A stretch of 64,000 nucleotides of DNA from Myxococcota bacterium. Lineage in GTDB: Bacteria; Myxococcota_A; Polyangia; Nannocystales; Nannocystaceae. A program made the translations under genes and the position numbers. The stretch is from assembly GCA_039028615.1 (NCBI GenBank), contig JBCCHT010000003.1, positions 160,001 through 224,000 of the forward strand, in the 5' to 3' direction. Below the pieces are notes generated by a model, which did no database searches, was not told the DNA's origin, and saw only the letters and a program-made list of their open reading frames with translations. Every line of letters begins with the position of its first letter. The stretch's first letter is position 1. Shown here piece after piece: positions 1 through 9,019 of this stretch.

Positions 1-2068
1 GGAACTTGGCCCCGCCCGGCAGCTCGACGACCTTGGAGACGTCGGCCTGACCGGACAAGACCTGGATCGTGTAGGTGCCCGGGGGAAGGTCGCGGAACGC
101 ATAGATCCCGCGGTCGTTGGTCATGGTCTCGCGATGACCCTCCAGGCAGGCGCACTGCAGCACGACCAGCGCCTCCATGCGCTCGTTGGTCTCGGTATGC
201 GTGACGACCCCCGAGATGGAGCCGAAGCCCTTGCGCGACGGCGGTCGGCGGGGTGGTCGCGACGGCAGCTCCTCGACCTCGACGGCGGGCTCGATGTACC
301 GCGACAGCGCTTGGACCCGACCGTCGCGGACGACCATGATGTCGCTCAGCGAGCGTCGCTCGAGGCCGAAGCGCTCGTAGTCGGCCTCCGTCTCGAGCAC
401 CAACAGCGCGGTGAAGTCGTTGAAGATGCGGTGCCGGACCGACAGTTCGATGACCGTGTCTCGGAGCGATCTCCACTTCGTCTCGTCGGCGATCGAGGCC
501 AGCGTGCTCACCAGCCCCTCGATGCGTGCGCTCATCCATGCGCGGGAGACCAGCGGCGAGGACACCTCGTGCAGGGGAATGTCGATCGAGCGATGCAGAG
601 GCCCCGACAGCTGGACTTCCATCGGGTGGCCTTCGGGAAGGTCGGCGTGCACGAGCACGTGGTCGCCGGGCTGGACGCCATCGAGCACGGTGGGGCTCCA
701 CCAGCGGGCCCCGGGAACGTCGACGCGGAGGCCGTCGAGGGCAGGCCGGAGGAGGCGCTGCACGGCACGCCCGAGGTCTTCGGAGGGCTCGAGCAGGACC
801 CCGGAGTCGGGGAGCGAGCCGGTCACCAGGCGGCGGAGTCGGGCGTCGTCTCGTACCGAACCGACGACCAGGGCATCGATGCGGCGCAGCCCGTGGCGGC
901 GGAGCTGGCCGAGCTTCTTGCGGAGGTCGGCGTTCGAGTCGGGCCCAGCGGAGATCAAGCCGTCGCTGACCAGGAGCACGCGGGGGTGCTCGCCCTCGCT
1001 CAGGCTGTCGAGGGCCGCACCCAGGTTCGAGGCTCCGAGAGCACGTCGGCGGTGCAGGGCCGCGAGTTCGGCCGCACCCATCCCCGCCAGCGTGCCCTGA
1101 TAGATGTCGACCACGCTCTGATCGAAGGCCTTGATGTCGACCTGGGTCGTGGCCGACTGGCGGGCCAATGCGCGGAGCAGCGCGCCCAGGCCATCGATGG
1201 TCGCGTCGAAGTCGAGCGCGCGAGAGGCCGAGGTGTCGACGAGCACGGTGAGCCGCTCGAGGGGCTGCGCCGGGCCGAGCTCGCGCCCGGCCAGGGGCTC
1301 GATGCGCGCGATGACGTGCTCCTCGTCGCGAATGCCCATCGTCGACGCGCCGTCCCGTCGGATGACGAGGTCTTCGGTCGGGACCTCGTACTCGAGGTGT
1401 CGCCCTTGCTCCCGCGGGGGCTCACCCGGGCGATGGACGGTGGAGTTCAGATCGAGCCGCTCGAGCTTCGGTAGGCCCTCGAGCGCGAGCCGGTAGGGCG
1501 TGGTCGGGTCGGGAAAGGTCTGGGTATAGGTGAGCAGCAGTCGCTTGCGCTCGAACGGCGCGATGGGGAACACGCGGGCCCGGAAGCGATTGCCGGTGTC
1601 GCGCTCGAGCAACGCCGGGTCGCGATTCATGTGCAGGAAGACCTCGTAGGTCCGGCGTGCGCGCTGCTTCTCGACGATCTCGGCCTCTTGCCACCGCCCG
1701 CCGATCTCCATGGCGAAGCGGGTGACCCGGGCGCCCGGCGGGAGCTCGACCGTGAAGCGCCCCTCCATCGTCTCGCCGCGCGGGTTCTCGAACGTGAGCT
1801 CCAGCTGCGTCAGCGCCAGCGGGTCGCGGATGATCGCCTCCGCTTCGAGCGAGACGAGGCTCAGGCCGGTGCCGTCCGAGGCGGTCAGCGAAAACGGAGG
1901 GGCCCCGACCGGCTCGAGCTCGGGCTCGGGCGCGGGTGCGGGGCGGCGGGGCTCGGACGCAGACTCGGGGACCAGCGGGGTCAGGTTCGGCTCGATGCGG
2001 CACGAGGCGAGCACGATCCCGAGCAGCAGCCACACGAGTCCGAAAGAAGGGACGACAGATCGAGCCAT
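1..2068 (-). CDS. VIT + von Willebrand A domain lipoprotein with carboxypeptidase-regulatory-like domain (3' end outside window)
   Basis: Not in the ORF track; own translation from ATG 2068 (GGGAG RBS): MARSVVPSFGLVWLLLGIVLASC lipobox; VIT-like FENPRGETMEGRF...FAMEIGGRWQEAEIVEKQRARRTYE...DPALLE; vWA MIDAS LVDTSAS and LVSDG; GIYAFRDLPPGTYTIQV near the window edge. Confidence 0.8.
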   Translation of the reverse strand, partial: MARSVVPSFGLVWLLLGIVLASCRIEPNLTPLVPESASEPRRPAPAPEPELEPVGAPPFSLTASDGTGLSLVSLEAEAIIRDPLALTQLELTFENPRGETMEGRFTVELPPGARVTRFAMEIGGRWQEAEIVEKQRARRTYEVFLHMNRDPALLERDTGNRFRARVFPIAPFERKRLLLTYTQTFPDPTTPYRLALEGLPKLERLDLNSTVHRPGEPPREQGRHLEYEVPTEDLVIRRDGASTMGIRDEEHVIARIEPLAGRELGPAQPLERLTVLVDTSASRALDFDATIDGLGALLRALARQSATTQVDIKAFDQSVVDIYQGTLAGMGAAELAALHRRRALGASNLGAALDSLSEGEHPRVLLVSDGLISAGPDSNADLRKKLGQLRRHGLRRIDALVVGSVRDDARLRRLVTGSLPDSGVLLEPSEDLGRAVQRLLRPALDGLRVDVPGARWWSPTVLDGVQPGDHVLVHADLPEGHPMEVQLSGPLHRSIDIPLHEVSSPLVSRAWMSARIEGLVSTLASIADETKWRSLRDTVIELSVRHRIFNDFTALLVLETEADYERFGLERRSLSDIMVVRDGRVQALSRYIEPAVEVEELPSRPPRRPPSRKGFGSISGVVTHTETNERMEALVVLQCACLEGHRETMTNDRGIYAFRDLPPGTYTIQVLSGQADVSKVVELPGGAKF

Positions 2069-2214
2069 GAAAACTCCCGCGGGGGCGGGCCGCAGTGCGA
2101 CCCCCCAACGGGGGGCGCGAGCACCGGCTTACACGTCGTGGGACAAAGGGCAGAAACGACGACGCCCCCCAGCGCATGCGCTGGAGGGCGTGGGGTCGAA
2201 CCGCGCTCCCTGGC

Positions 2215-4005
2215 TCAGAAGGTCGGGGGCGGAGGCGGCGGGCAATTGACGCCAACGATCGTGATGTCGTCGATATTCCAGCCCGAGCACGTGAAGACCG
2301 CTTCGTTGCCGAGGTTGTAGCCCACGCGGATCTGGAGGTTCGGGTTGGCAAAGGCCGCGATGTCGAACTGCTGCAGGGTCCACTCCGGGTCCTCGATGCC
2401 GGGGGAGGGCCCCGTCTCCCAGATGGTGACCCAGGTGGCGCCGTCGTAGACCTGCACGCGGTTTTGCATGTAGCGGGTGTAGTCGCTGTTGAGCCAGCGC
2501 CAGAACTCGAGCTGCAGGTAGCTGAAGCCGTCCGCGTCGATCACCGGGCTGGTGAGGTAGTAGAAGTCGTGCAGGGTCTCGATCACGTTGCCGCCGATGA
2601 CCGCCCCGGCCAGGCCGTTGTCGTCGGTGGGGGTGTGGTCGAGCCCGGGGTCGCCGTTGCCACACGAGCCGGGGGAGGGGCTCGCGATGGCGGCCCCGAT
2701 CTCCCACTCGGGGTCGAGGGTCCAGCCCGCGTCGTTGTCCGCGAAGTCCTCCTCGAAGATGATGCCGCCGGGGCAGAACACGCAGCCTTCGAGGCACTGG
2801 GTGAAGGTGTTGCCGTCGTCGCACTCTTCGCCCGCGGTCACGTTGAGCAGCGCGTCGCCGCAGACGGGGGTGGTGCAGTCGATGTCGCAGGTCCCGGACT
2901 CGCCCGAGTCGTCGCAGTCCTCGCCCGAGGTGATGTTGGTGATGCCATCGCCACAGGTGGAGATGCTGCAGTCCGCGTTGCAGCCCGCCGACTCGCCACC
3001 GCCGTCGCAGGACTCGCCCGCGGTGAGGTTGGTCGTGCCGTCGCCACAGGTCACCAGCGTGCAGTCGGCGTCGCAGCTCGCGCTCTCGCCCGAGTCGTCG
3101 CACTCCTCGAGGGCGGTGAGGTTGGTGAAGCCGTCGCCACAGACCGCGGTGGTGCAGTCGGCGTTGCAGGCGACCGACTCGCCCGAGTCGTCGCACTCCT
3201 CGCCCGCGGTGATGTTGGCGAAGCCGTCGCCGCACTCGGCCGGCGTACAGTCGGCGTCGCAGCCCTTGGTCTCACCCGCCTCGTCGCAAATCTCGCCTGC
3301 CGCGGCATTGAGCGTTCCGTCGCCGCACTCCACGAAGGTGCAGTCGTCGTCACAGGTGGGTGAGTCGAGCCCCTCGTCGCACAGCTCGCCCGCGTTGGGG
3401 TTGTACAGGCCGTCGCCGCACTCGGAGAAGGTGCAATCGTCGTCGCAGGACAGAGACAGCCCGCCGTCGTCGCACTGCTCTCCGGCTTCCACGTTGGTGA
3501 CGCTGTCGCCACACATCGCGCTCGTGCAGTTGTCGTTGCACAGGTCGCTGCGCCCCGCGTCGTCGCAGGTCTCGCCCGCGAGGTTGTTGACCGTGCCGTC
3601 GCCACACTCGGCCGCGGTGCAGTCCGCATCGCAGGTGGCCGACTCGGCTCCGTCGTCACAGCTTTCGCCGGCCGCCGCGTTGACGATGCTGTCGCCGCAG
3701 GCCGCCGCGGTGCAGTCCGCGTTGCAGGTCTCCGACTCGCCCGCGTCGTCGCAGGCCTCGTCGCCTTCGATCATCCCGTTGCCGCACATGGGCTCGGGCG
3801 GCGCGTCGCCGGTCGAGTCGTCGTCGGGCGTCGCGGCGCTCGTCGATCCTTCATCGGGGCCCGTTGTACTGCCCGTGGTGCCCGACGTGCTCTCGTCGGA
3901 GGCATCGGTCGTCAGGGTGGGCGTGTCGTCGGCGGGGCAGCCACTGAGGGCCAGCGCACCGAGGATGGAAAGGCTCAAGGAAGCGGGGATCCGTTGAATC
4001 GACAT
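2215..4005 (-). CDS. Myxobacterial cysteine-rich repeat lipoprotein with C-terminal beta-sandwich domain
   Basis: MSIQRIPASLSLSILGALALSGC lipobox, Ser/Thr linker, 11 CGDGxxNxxAGExCDD repeats, C-terminal FEEDF...GWNIDDI domain; start moved to ATG 4005. Confidence 0.85.
   Translation of the reverse strand: MSIQRIPASLSLSILGALALSGCPADDTPTLTTDASDESTSGTTGSTTGPDEGSTSAATPDDDSTGDAPPEPMCGNGMIEGDEACDDAGESETCNADCTAAACGDSIVNAAAGESCDDGAESATCDADCTAAECGDGTVNNLAGETCDDAGRSDLCNDNCTSAMCGDSVTNVEAGEQCDDGGLSLSCDDDCTFSECGDGLYNPNAGELCDEGLDSPTCDDDCTFVECGDGTLNAAAGEICDEAGETKGCDADCTPAECGDGFANITAGEECDDSGESVACNADCTTAVCGDGFTNLTALEECDDSGESASCDADCTLVTCGDGTTNLTAGESCDGGGESAGCNADCSISTCGDGITNITSGEDCDDSGESGTCDIDCTTPVCGDALLNVTAGEECDDGNTFTQCLEGCVFCPGGIIFEEDFADNDAGWTLDPEWEIGAAIASPSPGSCGNGDPGLDHTPTDDNGLAGAVIGGNVIETLHDFYYLTSPVIDADGFSYLQLEFWRWLNSDYTRYMQNRVQVYDGATWVTIWETGPSPGIEDPEWTLQQFDIAAFANPNLQIRVGYNLGNEAVFTCSGWNIDDITIVGVNCPPPPPPTF
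2775..3786 (-). repeat. 11 tandem ~93-bp (31-aa) four-Cys coding repeats
   Basis: Units such as CGDGFTNLTALEECDDSGESASCDADCTLVT read directly from the translation. Confidence 0.9.
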
Positions 4006-4315
4006 CGAGACCTCTTCAAGGGGTAAGCACCAACTGCGGCTGTCGCCGAGAATCGGAGACGGCCCAACGCGGACGACGGTATCACGTGCCGATCCGTTGA
4101 ACGTTGGACAACGACATGCCGACGGGCTCGATACGAAACGACAATCGACGTTTGGGCGGTCGAAGAATTGTCGATCGATCGATGTTCGACGCCGACGTGC
4201 CGACAATGTCAGTTTCGGTCGCTTTGACGCGTGGCAGAATCGAAGGTCGGCGAGCCTGCCGCCTTACGATTCTACGACGTTGCGTTTTTTCGACGAACCG
4301 TTGCTCTACGGTTTC

Positions 4316-5374
4316 CTAGGCCTCGCCGCGATCGCTCAGCCACGTGTGCACTTCGGCGTAGAGGTCTCGGGTGGCGGTGCCGCCGGCCGCGAAGGCGTCG
4401 CGGGCGAGCTTGGCCAGGTCGAGCATGCGTTCTTCGTCGCGGCCGAGGGCGTGCAGGGTCACCGCCATCGCAAAGCGGACGCGAGCCAGCTCCGCAGACG
4501 TGGCCCCGTGCGAGCGCAGCAGGGCATGGGCTCGCTCCAGCGCTCCGAGGGCGGTCGGTGCTTGATCGAGCGCGAGTTGGCACCGACCGAGGTGCGCCAG
4601 CACGTGGCCCGTCTCGCGAGGGGGACGACGCGACTGCGCCTCGTAGATGGCCAGCGCTCGGCGGTGACACTCGAGCGCCTCTTCGTACTCGCCCTTGTCC
4701 TGCAGCGCGGCCCCGAGCGAGTCGAGGATCGACGCCACCGCCGGGTGCTCGGCCCCGAATTTCATCTCGCGAATCTCGAGCGTGCGTCGGTAGGCGGAGA
4801 TGGCCGCGTCGTGCTTGCCTTGCTTGGCGTAGACCTTGCCGAGGCTGTCCATCGTCGCGGCGAGGTTGTCGTAGCTGCCGCTGAACTTGTCCGACGAGCT
4901 CCGCTTCACCGGCACGGGGGCGTTGGGATCGCGCTTCGAAACGCCGCCCGAGGAGCCGCTCGATCTCGCGGGGTCGCGAATGGGTTCACTGACGCTCGAG
5001 TCGTCGTTGTAGCTGTAGCGAAAATCGAGCGTCGCCGACTGGCCGATGCGAATGCGGTCACCTTCGCGCAGGCCTTCCGCGTGGATCCGTCGACCGTTGA
5101 TGTAGGTGCCGTTGGTCGAGTCGAGGTCGACGAGCTTGGCGCTGCCGTCCGCGTCGCGAATGATCCGAGCGTGGCGACGCGAGACGCCGTCGTCTTGCAG
5201 CTGCACTTCGAGGCTAGGGGTTCGACCGATGAGGCTCGTGCCCATGCCGACCTGGAAGACCGTTCCGACGGACTCTCCGGTCAGGACGGTGAGGTACGCG
5301 GGACCGGTACGAGGGCCTCCCCGTTGGGATCGCGTGCGCTGGATGACCGTCGATTCATCTTGACCCCCCTTCAC
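4316..5374 (-). CDS. FHA domain + TPR protein
   Basis: FHA motifs IGR, VSRRHA, DLDSTNGTYING; kinesin-light-chain-like TPRs (GAEHPAVASILDSLG); start uncertain, GTG 5374 chosen. Confidence 0.85.
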   Translation of the reverse strand: MKGGQDESTVIQRTRSQRGGPRTGPAYLTVLTGESVGTVFQVGMGTSLIGRTPSLEVQLQDDGVSRRHARIIRDADGSAKLVDLDSTNGTYINGRRIHAEGLREGDRIRIGQSATLDFRYSYNDDSSVSEPIRDPARSSGSSGGVSKRDPNAPVPVKRSSSDKFSGSYDNLAATMDSLGKVYAKQGKHDAAISAYRRTLEIREMKFGAEHPAVASILDSLGAALQDKGEYEEALECHRRALAIYEAQSRRPPRETGHVLAHLGRCQLALDQAPTALGALERAHALLRSHGATSAELARVRFAMAVTLHALGRDEERMLDLAKLARDAFAAGGTATRDLYAEVHTWLSDRGEA

Positions 5375-5486
5375 TCCCACCAGGATATACGGGTCCGGCG
5401 CTGTCGAGCCCTCGAATTTGAAGGAAGGACCCACAAATCGCGCGATCGGCGGGTGAAGGCCGGCTCGTCGGGTACGATCGCGCGCC

Positions 5487-5918
5487 ATGACCGACCTGAG
5501 CGGACGTTCCACTCGGACCCTCGCGTGGTTGGGCGACGTGGAATTCGAGCGCGAGGTTCGTTATCGCCTGGCGCGGCGAGGCGACTACCCCACCGATCGC
5601 CTCGACACGATGAAGACCCGCATCGTGCGGGCCGAGGCGCAGGCGGAGCTGCTCGACAGCGTCCTGCCCCTGCTCCAGCCCGATGAGCTCGCGGTGGTGC
5701 AGCGAGGGCGCAACGCGGCGCCGACCGGTTCCGCCCGTGGGGCGCGACGCAAGACCGAGGCCTACCGCGGCGCGACGGCCCTGGAGGCTCTGGTGGCGGT
5801 GTGGTGCTTCGACGAGGGCGAAGGTCGGGCGCGCTTCGAGGAGGTGCTCGGAGCCCGCCTCGAGGCAGCCATCGACGCAGCCCTGGCCGCGGACGCCCGC
5901 CGACCCAGACGCGGCTGA
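5487..5918 (+). CDS. mrnC: Mini-ribonuclease III-like protein
   Basis: 143 aa, LAWLGD, VRAEAQA, RGRNA, YRGATALEAL; no dsRBD. Confidence 0.7.
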   Translation: MTDLSGRSTRTLAWLGDVEFEREVRYRLARRGDYPTDRLDTMKTRIVRAEAQAELLDSVLPLLQPDELAVVQRGRNAAPTGSARGARRKTEAYRGATALEALVAVWCFDEGEGRARFEEVLGARLEAAIDAALAADARRPRRG

Positions 5919-5935
5919 GCACGACGCCCTTCGAA

Positions 5936-5971
5936 ACGAAGAAGGCCCGCCGATTCGGCGAGCCCCTTCGT
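5936..5971 (-). terminator. Probable intrinsic terminator between convergent genes
   Basis: Minus-strand GGGGCUCGCCG-AAU-CGGCGGGCCUU hairpin followed by CUUCGUUU, just after the desaturase stop. Confidence 0.5.
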
Positions 5972-5994
5972 GATGGGCCGGGTGCGGCCCGGTC

Positions 5995-6933
5995 TCAGGC
6001 GGCCTGCTGCTGCGAGGGCAGCAGGTGGGCGTTTTCCTCGGGCTCGGAGCCGGCCTCGTAGATCCGCTTGGGCGGCTCGCGAATGTCCCAGACCAAGCCC
6101 ACCACCGACAGTGCCTTGAGGGTGTAGTAGGCCATGTCGACCTCCCACCAGAAGAAGCCCTGGCGACAGGAGTTCATGTGGTGGTGGTGGTTGTTGTGCC
6201 AGCCCTCGCCCAGGGTCAGCAGCGCGAGCACCCAGTTGTTGCGGCTGTCGTCGCTGGTCGCGTAGCGACGCTTGCCCCACACGTGGGCGAGCGAGTTGAT
6301 GGTGAAGGTGGAGTGCCACACCACGAAGGTGCTGAAGAAGAACCCGATGAACAGCCCCCACACGCCGAGGGCCATGAAGCAGGCGACGCCCAGGATGATG
6401 GGCGGAGCGAGCCACAGCTTCTCGAGGATGACGAGCTCCGGGTACTTGGTGAAGTCCTTGACGCGCTTCCAGTCGAACTGGTCGTTGTGGTCGTAGATCC
6501 AGCCCGCGTGCGAGTGCCAAAAGCCCCAGCGGATGGGCGAGTGAACGTCGCGGTCCTCATCGGAGTGCTTGTGGTGGTCGCGATGGTGAGCGGCCCACCA
6601 CAACACGCCACGCTGCGCCGTGCTCATGGCCAAGAACGCGAGCAGGAACTGGAACACGCGGCCGGTCTTGAAGGTGCGATGCGAGAAGTAGCGGTGATAG
6701 CCCGCCGTCACTCCGAACATCCGCGCCCAGAACAACACCAACGCGCAGATCCACGCCGAAGCGGGAGCGCCCATGAAGATGCCCGCGATGGCCCCGATGA
6801 CGCCGAGGACCTGAACGGCGAGGAAGGGCGTCATGCCGGCCCACTCGTAGTCTTTCCACGTTCGAGCCTGACGACCACTTTGACGCACTGGCGGTGCAGA
6901 CGGGATCTCGAGGATCTTCATCAGGGGGAGCAT
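5995..6933 (-). CDS. Acyl-CoA (delta-9-type) fatty acid desaturase
   Basis: His boxes YHRYFSH, HHRDHH, GEGWHNNHH; alternative start ATG 6921. Confidence 0.93.
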   Translation of the reverse strand: MLPLMKILEIPSAPPVRQSGRQARTWKDYEWAGMTPFLAVQVLGVIGAIAGIFMGAPASAWICALVLFWARMFGVTAGYHRYFSHRTFKTGRVFQFLLAFLAMSTAQRGVLWWAAHHRDHHKHSDEDRDVHSPIRWGFWHSHAGWIYDHNDQFDWKRVKDFTKYPELVILEKLWLAPPIILGVACFMALGVWGLFIGFFFSTFVVWHSTFTINSLAHVWGKRRYATSDDSRNNWVLALLTLGEGWHNNHHHHMNSCRQGFFWWEVDMAYYTLKALSVVGLVWDIREPPKRIYEAGSEPEENAHLLPSQQQAA

Positions 6934-7081
6934 GGCTCGGCTTGGCCCTCGTGTGGGTCATTGCTCGGTCGAACTTGGTCATGGTTTTGTCACGGACTTC
7001 TGGACCGTGAACGGCCTTGCACGGTGTTTCGTGCGGTTGCTCGCGAAATTGAGCGAGCTTGCTACACTGCGAGGCCCCCAC

Positions 7082-7957
7082 GTGGCCGCCGTGCCTTCGC
7101 CCCCCAGCCTCGAATCCGAATCGCTCCGCGATCGGCTCTACATCATCATCTTCGAGGCGGAGACGCCTTGGGGAAAGCTGTTTGATGTCGCCCTGTTGTG
7201 GCTGATCATCGCCAGCGTCGTCACCGTTGCGATCGAGAGTGTCGACACCGTCGCCGAGCGCTACGGCACGCTGCTGCGAGTTCTCGAGTGGCTCTACACG
7301 GCGGCCTTCACCGTCGAGTACGGCCTGCGCATCTACTGCGCCCGCCGCCGTTTTCGCTACGTGCGATCGTTCTTCGGCGTCATCGATCTTTTGGCGCTGC
7401 TGCCTACGTATCTGAGCTTGGTCTTCACCGGGGTGCACACCCTACTGGTCATTCGTGCCCTGCGGTTGCTGCGAGTGTTCCGGGTGCTCAAGGCCGTGCG
7501 CCTGATGGGCGAGGCCCACAGCTTGCTCTCCGCGGTGCGGGCCAGCTTGCCGAAGATCTCCGTGTTCGTCGGCACCGTGTTGGTCACCGCTCTCATCGTC
7601 GGCGCCGCGATGTATCTCATCGAGGGTCGAGACGCGGGCTTCACCAGCATCCCGCGCGCGATGTACTGGGCCATCGTCACCATGACCACCGTTGGTTACG
7701 GCGACATCGCCCCGGTCACCGAGCTCGGCCAGTTCTTGGCCGCGGTGTTGATGATCATGGGCTACGGGGTCCTGGCCGTGCCCACGGGCATCGTCTCCGC
7801 CGAGATCGTCACCCACGATCGCGACGACCACGAGACCGTCGACCCGGAAGAAGAGCACGTCGACGACGACCACGAAGCCGTCTGCCACGCCTGCGGCGCC
7901 CACGGACATCCCGAGGGCGCCAACTTCTGCTACGTCTGCGGTACCGCGGTCGACTAG
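7082..7957 (+). CDS. Voltage-gated-type potassium channel (ion transporter) with C-terminal zinc ribbon
   Basis: Selectivity filter TTVGYGD, S4 RALRLLRVFRVLK, CHAC...CYVC; start uncertain. Confidence 0.9.
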   Translation: MAAVPSPPSLESESLRDRLYIIIFEAETPWGKLFDVALLWLIIASVVTVAIESVDTVAERYGTLLRVLEWLYTAAFTVEYGLRIYCARRRFRYVRSFFGVIDLLALLPTYLSLVFTGVHTLLVIRALRLLRVFRVLKAVRLMGEAHSLLSAVRASLPKISVFVGTVLVTALIVGAAMYLIEGRDAGFTSIPRAMYWAIVTMTTVGYGDIAPVTELGQFLAAVLMIMGYGVLAVPTGIVSAEIVTHDRDDHETVDPEEEHVDDDHEAVCHACGAHGHPEGANFCYVCGTAVD

Positions 7958-8015
7958 CCGAGCGTCGAACGCCGCTCCCGTGCGTCGGAGCGGCGTCCTT
8001 CATGGGTGGTGGACG

Positions 8016-8810
8016 CTAGGGCGCGATGGCGCCGAGCTTGTAGCCACCCGTGGCGCCGAGGAAGCCGCGGCTGGCTTGGGCTCGCCAGTCGCCCGCGCCC
8101 AAGGTGTACGAGACGCTGCGGTAGCCGGGCAGGATTCCGGTGTTGCCCCAGACGTCGCCCGGGTCGTCGTTGTTGTAGAGGTAGTGGCTCATGCCAGGCG
8201 AGGTGCCGCCCGTGATCGAGTAGTTGCACACGTGCGAGACATGGCCCGAGGCATCCACGGAGGGGGTGTTCTTGTGCCACGGGAAGCTATTGCCGAACGA
8301 GCCGCTGAAGTACCACTTCCAGTTCCAACCCAAGGAGTCGGCGAGGTCGTCGAACCAGGGGCCGTCGGAAGCGTAGGCGCAGCTGGTGGCGTACTCCCAG
8401 CCGACGGTCGAGCGAAACTGCATCGGCTGGGTGCTCAGCGTGCGCGGGGCATCGTCCGTGACGTCGCCGTGGTGGAGGCGAAGGGCCTCGGGAGCGGCCT
8501 GCTGTGGGGCGAGCGTGGCGAAGATCTCGAGCGGCGTGGCGTGGTGCTGCACGGCGAGGAAGGTCAGCGCGGAGGCCTGCTCGGCTGGGCCCACCTCGGA
8601 CACGACCAACTCTCCGCTGGCCAGCTCACGGAATTCCACGGCCACGCCGCCATCGAGTTCCACCCGCGCCACGAGGTCGGTCAGGTCTTCGGTCTTCTGC
8701 TCTAGCGCGTCGACATCGGAGGTGCCGTCTTCCGGGGCATCACAGGCGACCAGAGCGGTCGATCCGAGGGCAGCGGCGATGAGGGACTGGAGGGCTCTAG
8801 TTTTGTTCAC
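8016..8810 (-). CDS. Hypothetical lipoprotein
   Basis: MNKTRALQSLIAAALGSTALVAC lipobox (GTG 8810); Trp/Tyr/Gly/Asn-rich C-terminal half. Confidence 0.7.
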   Translation of the reverse strand: MNKTRALQSLIAAALGSTALVACDAPEDGTSDVDALEQKTEDLTDLVARVELDGGVAVEFRELASGELVVSEVGPAEQASALTFLAVQHHATPLEIFATLAPQQAAPEALRLHHGDVTDDAPRTLSTQPMQFRSTVGWEYATSCAYASDGPWFDDLADSLGWNWKWYFSGSFGNSFPWHKNTPSVDASGHVSHVCNYSITGGTSPGMSHYLYNNDDPGDVWGNTGILPGYRSVSYTLGAGDWRAQASRGFLGATGGYKLGAIAP

Positions 8811-9019
8811 ACCCGTCTCGTGCCCGACCAAACTGGGCCGGATCACGGGCTCGTCGAGAAAATCGGTGGTTGCCTCGCGTTTGTCGATCCGTGCCGAGGG
8901 GGCGCGGGCGCGATTGTGCGCGACGAGCTCGCGACCGCTCGTCGACACCCAACCACCGTCCGTCGATGAGTGGCCGCCCGATGCTTGCTGCGTCGGCGTC
9001 GCTGCTTCATCACCACTTC

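Noticed and set aside
134..1474. 446-aa plus-strand ORF and other long shadow ORFs (e.g. 22784..26335 -, 10286..12718 +, 40140..42422 +)
   Set aside because: Antisense or off-frame shadows of genes with clear motifs, expected at this GC content
4075..4092. Sigma54 promoter for the Cys-repeat gene (CGGCACG on minus strand)
   Set aside because: The -12 position reads CG, not GC, and lacks TT
6990..7010. TCACGG-N9-CCGTGA inverted repeat between desaturase and channel genes
   Set aside because: Only 6-bp arms, single occurrence, no supporting regulator
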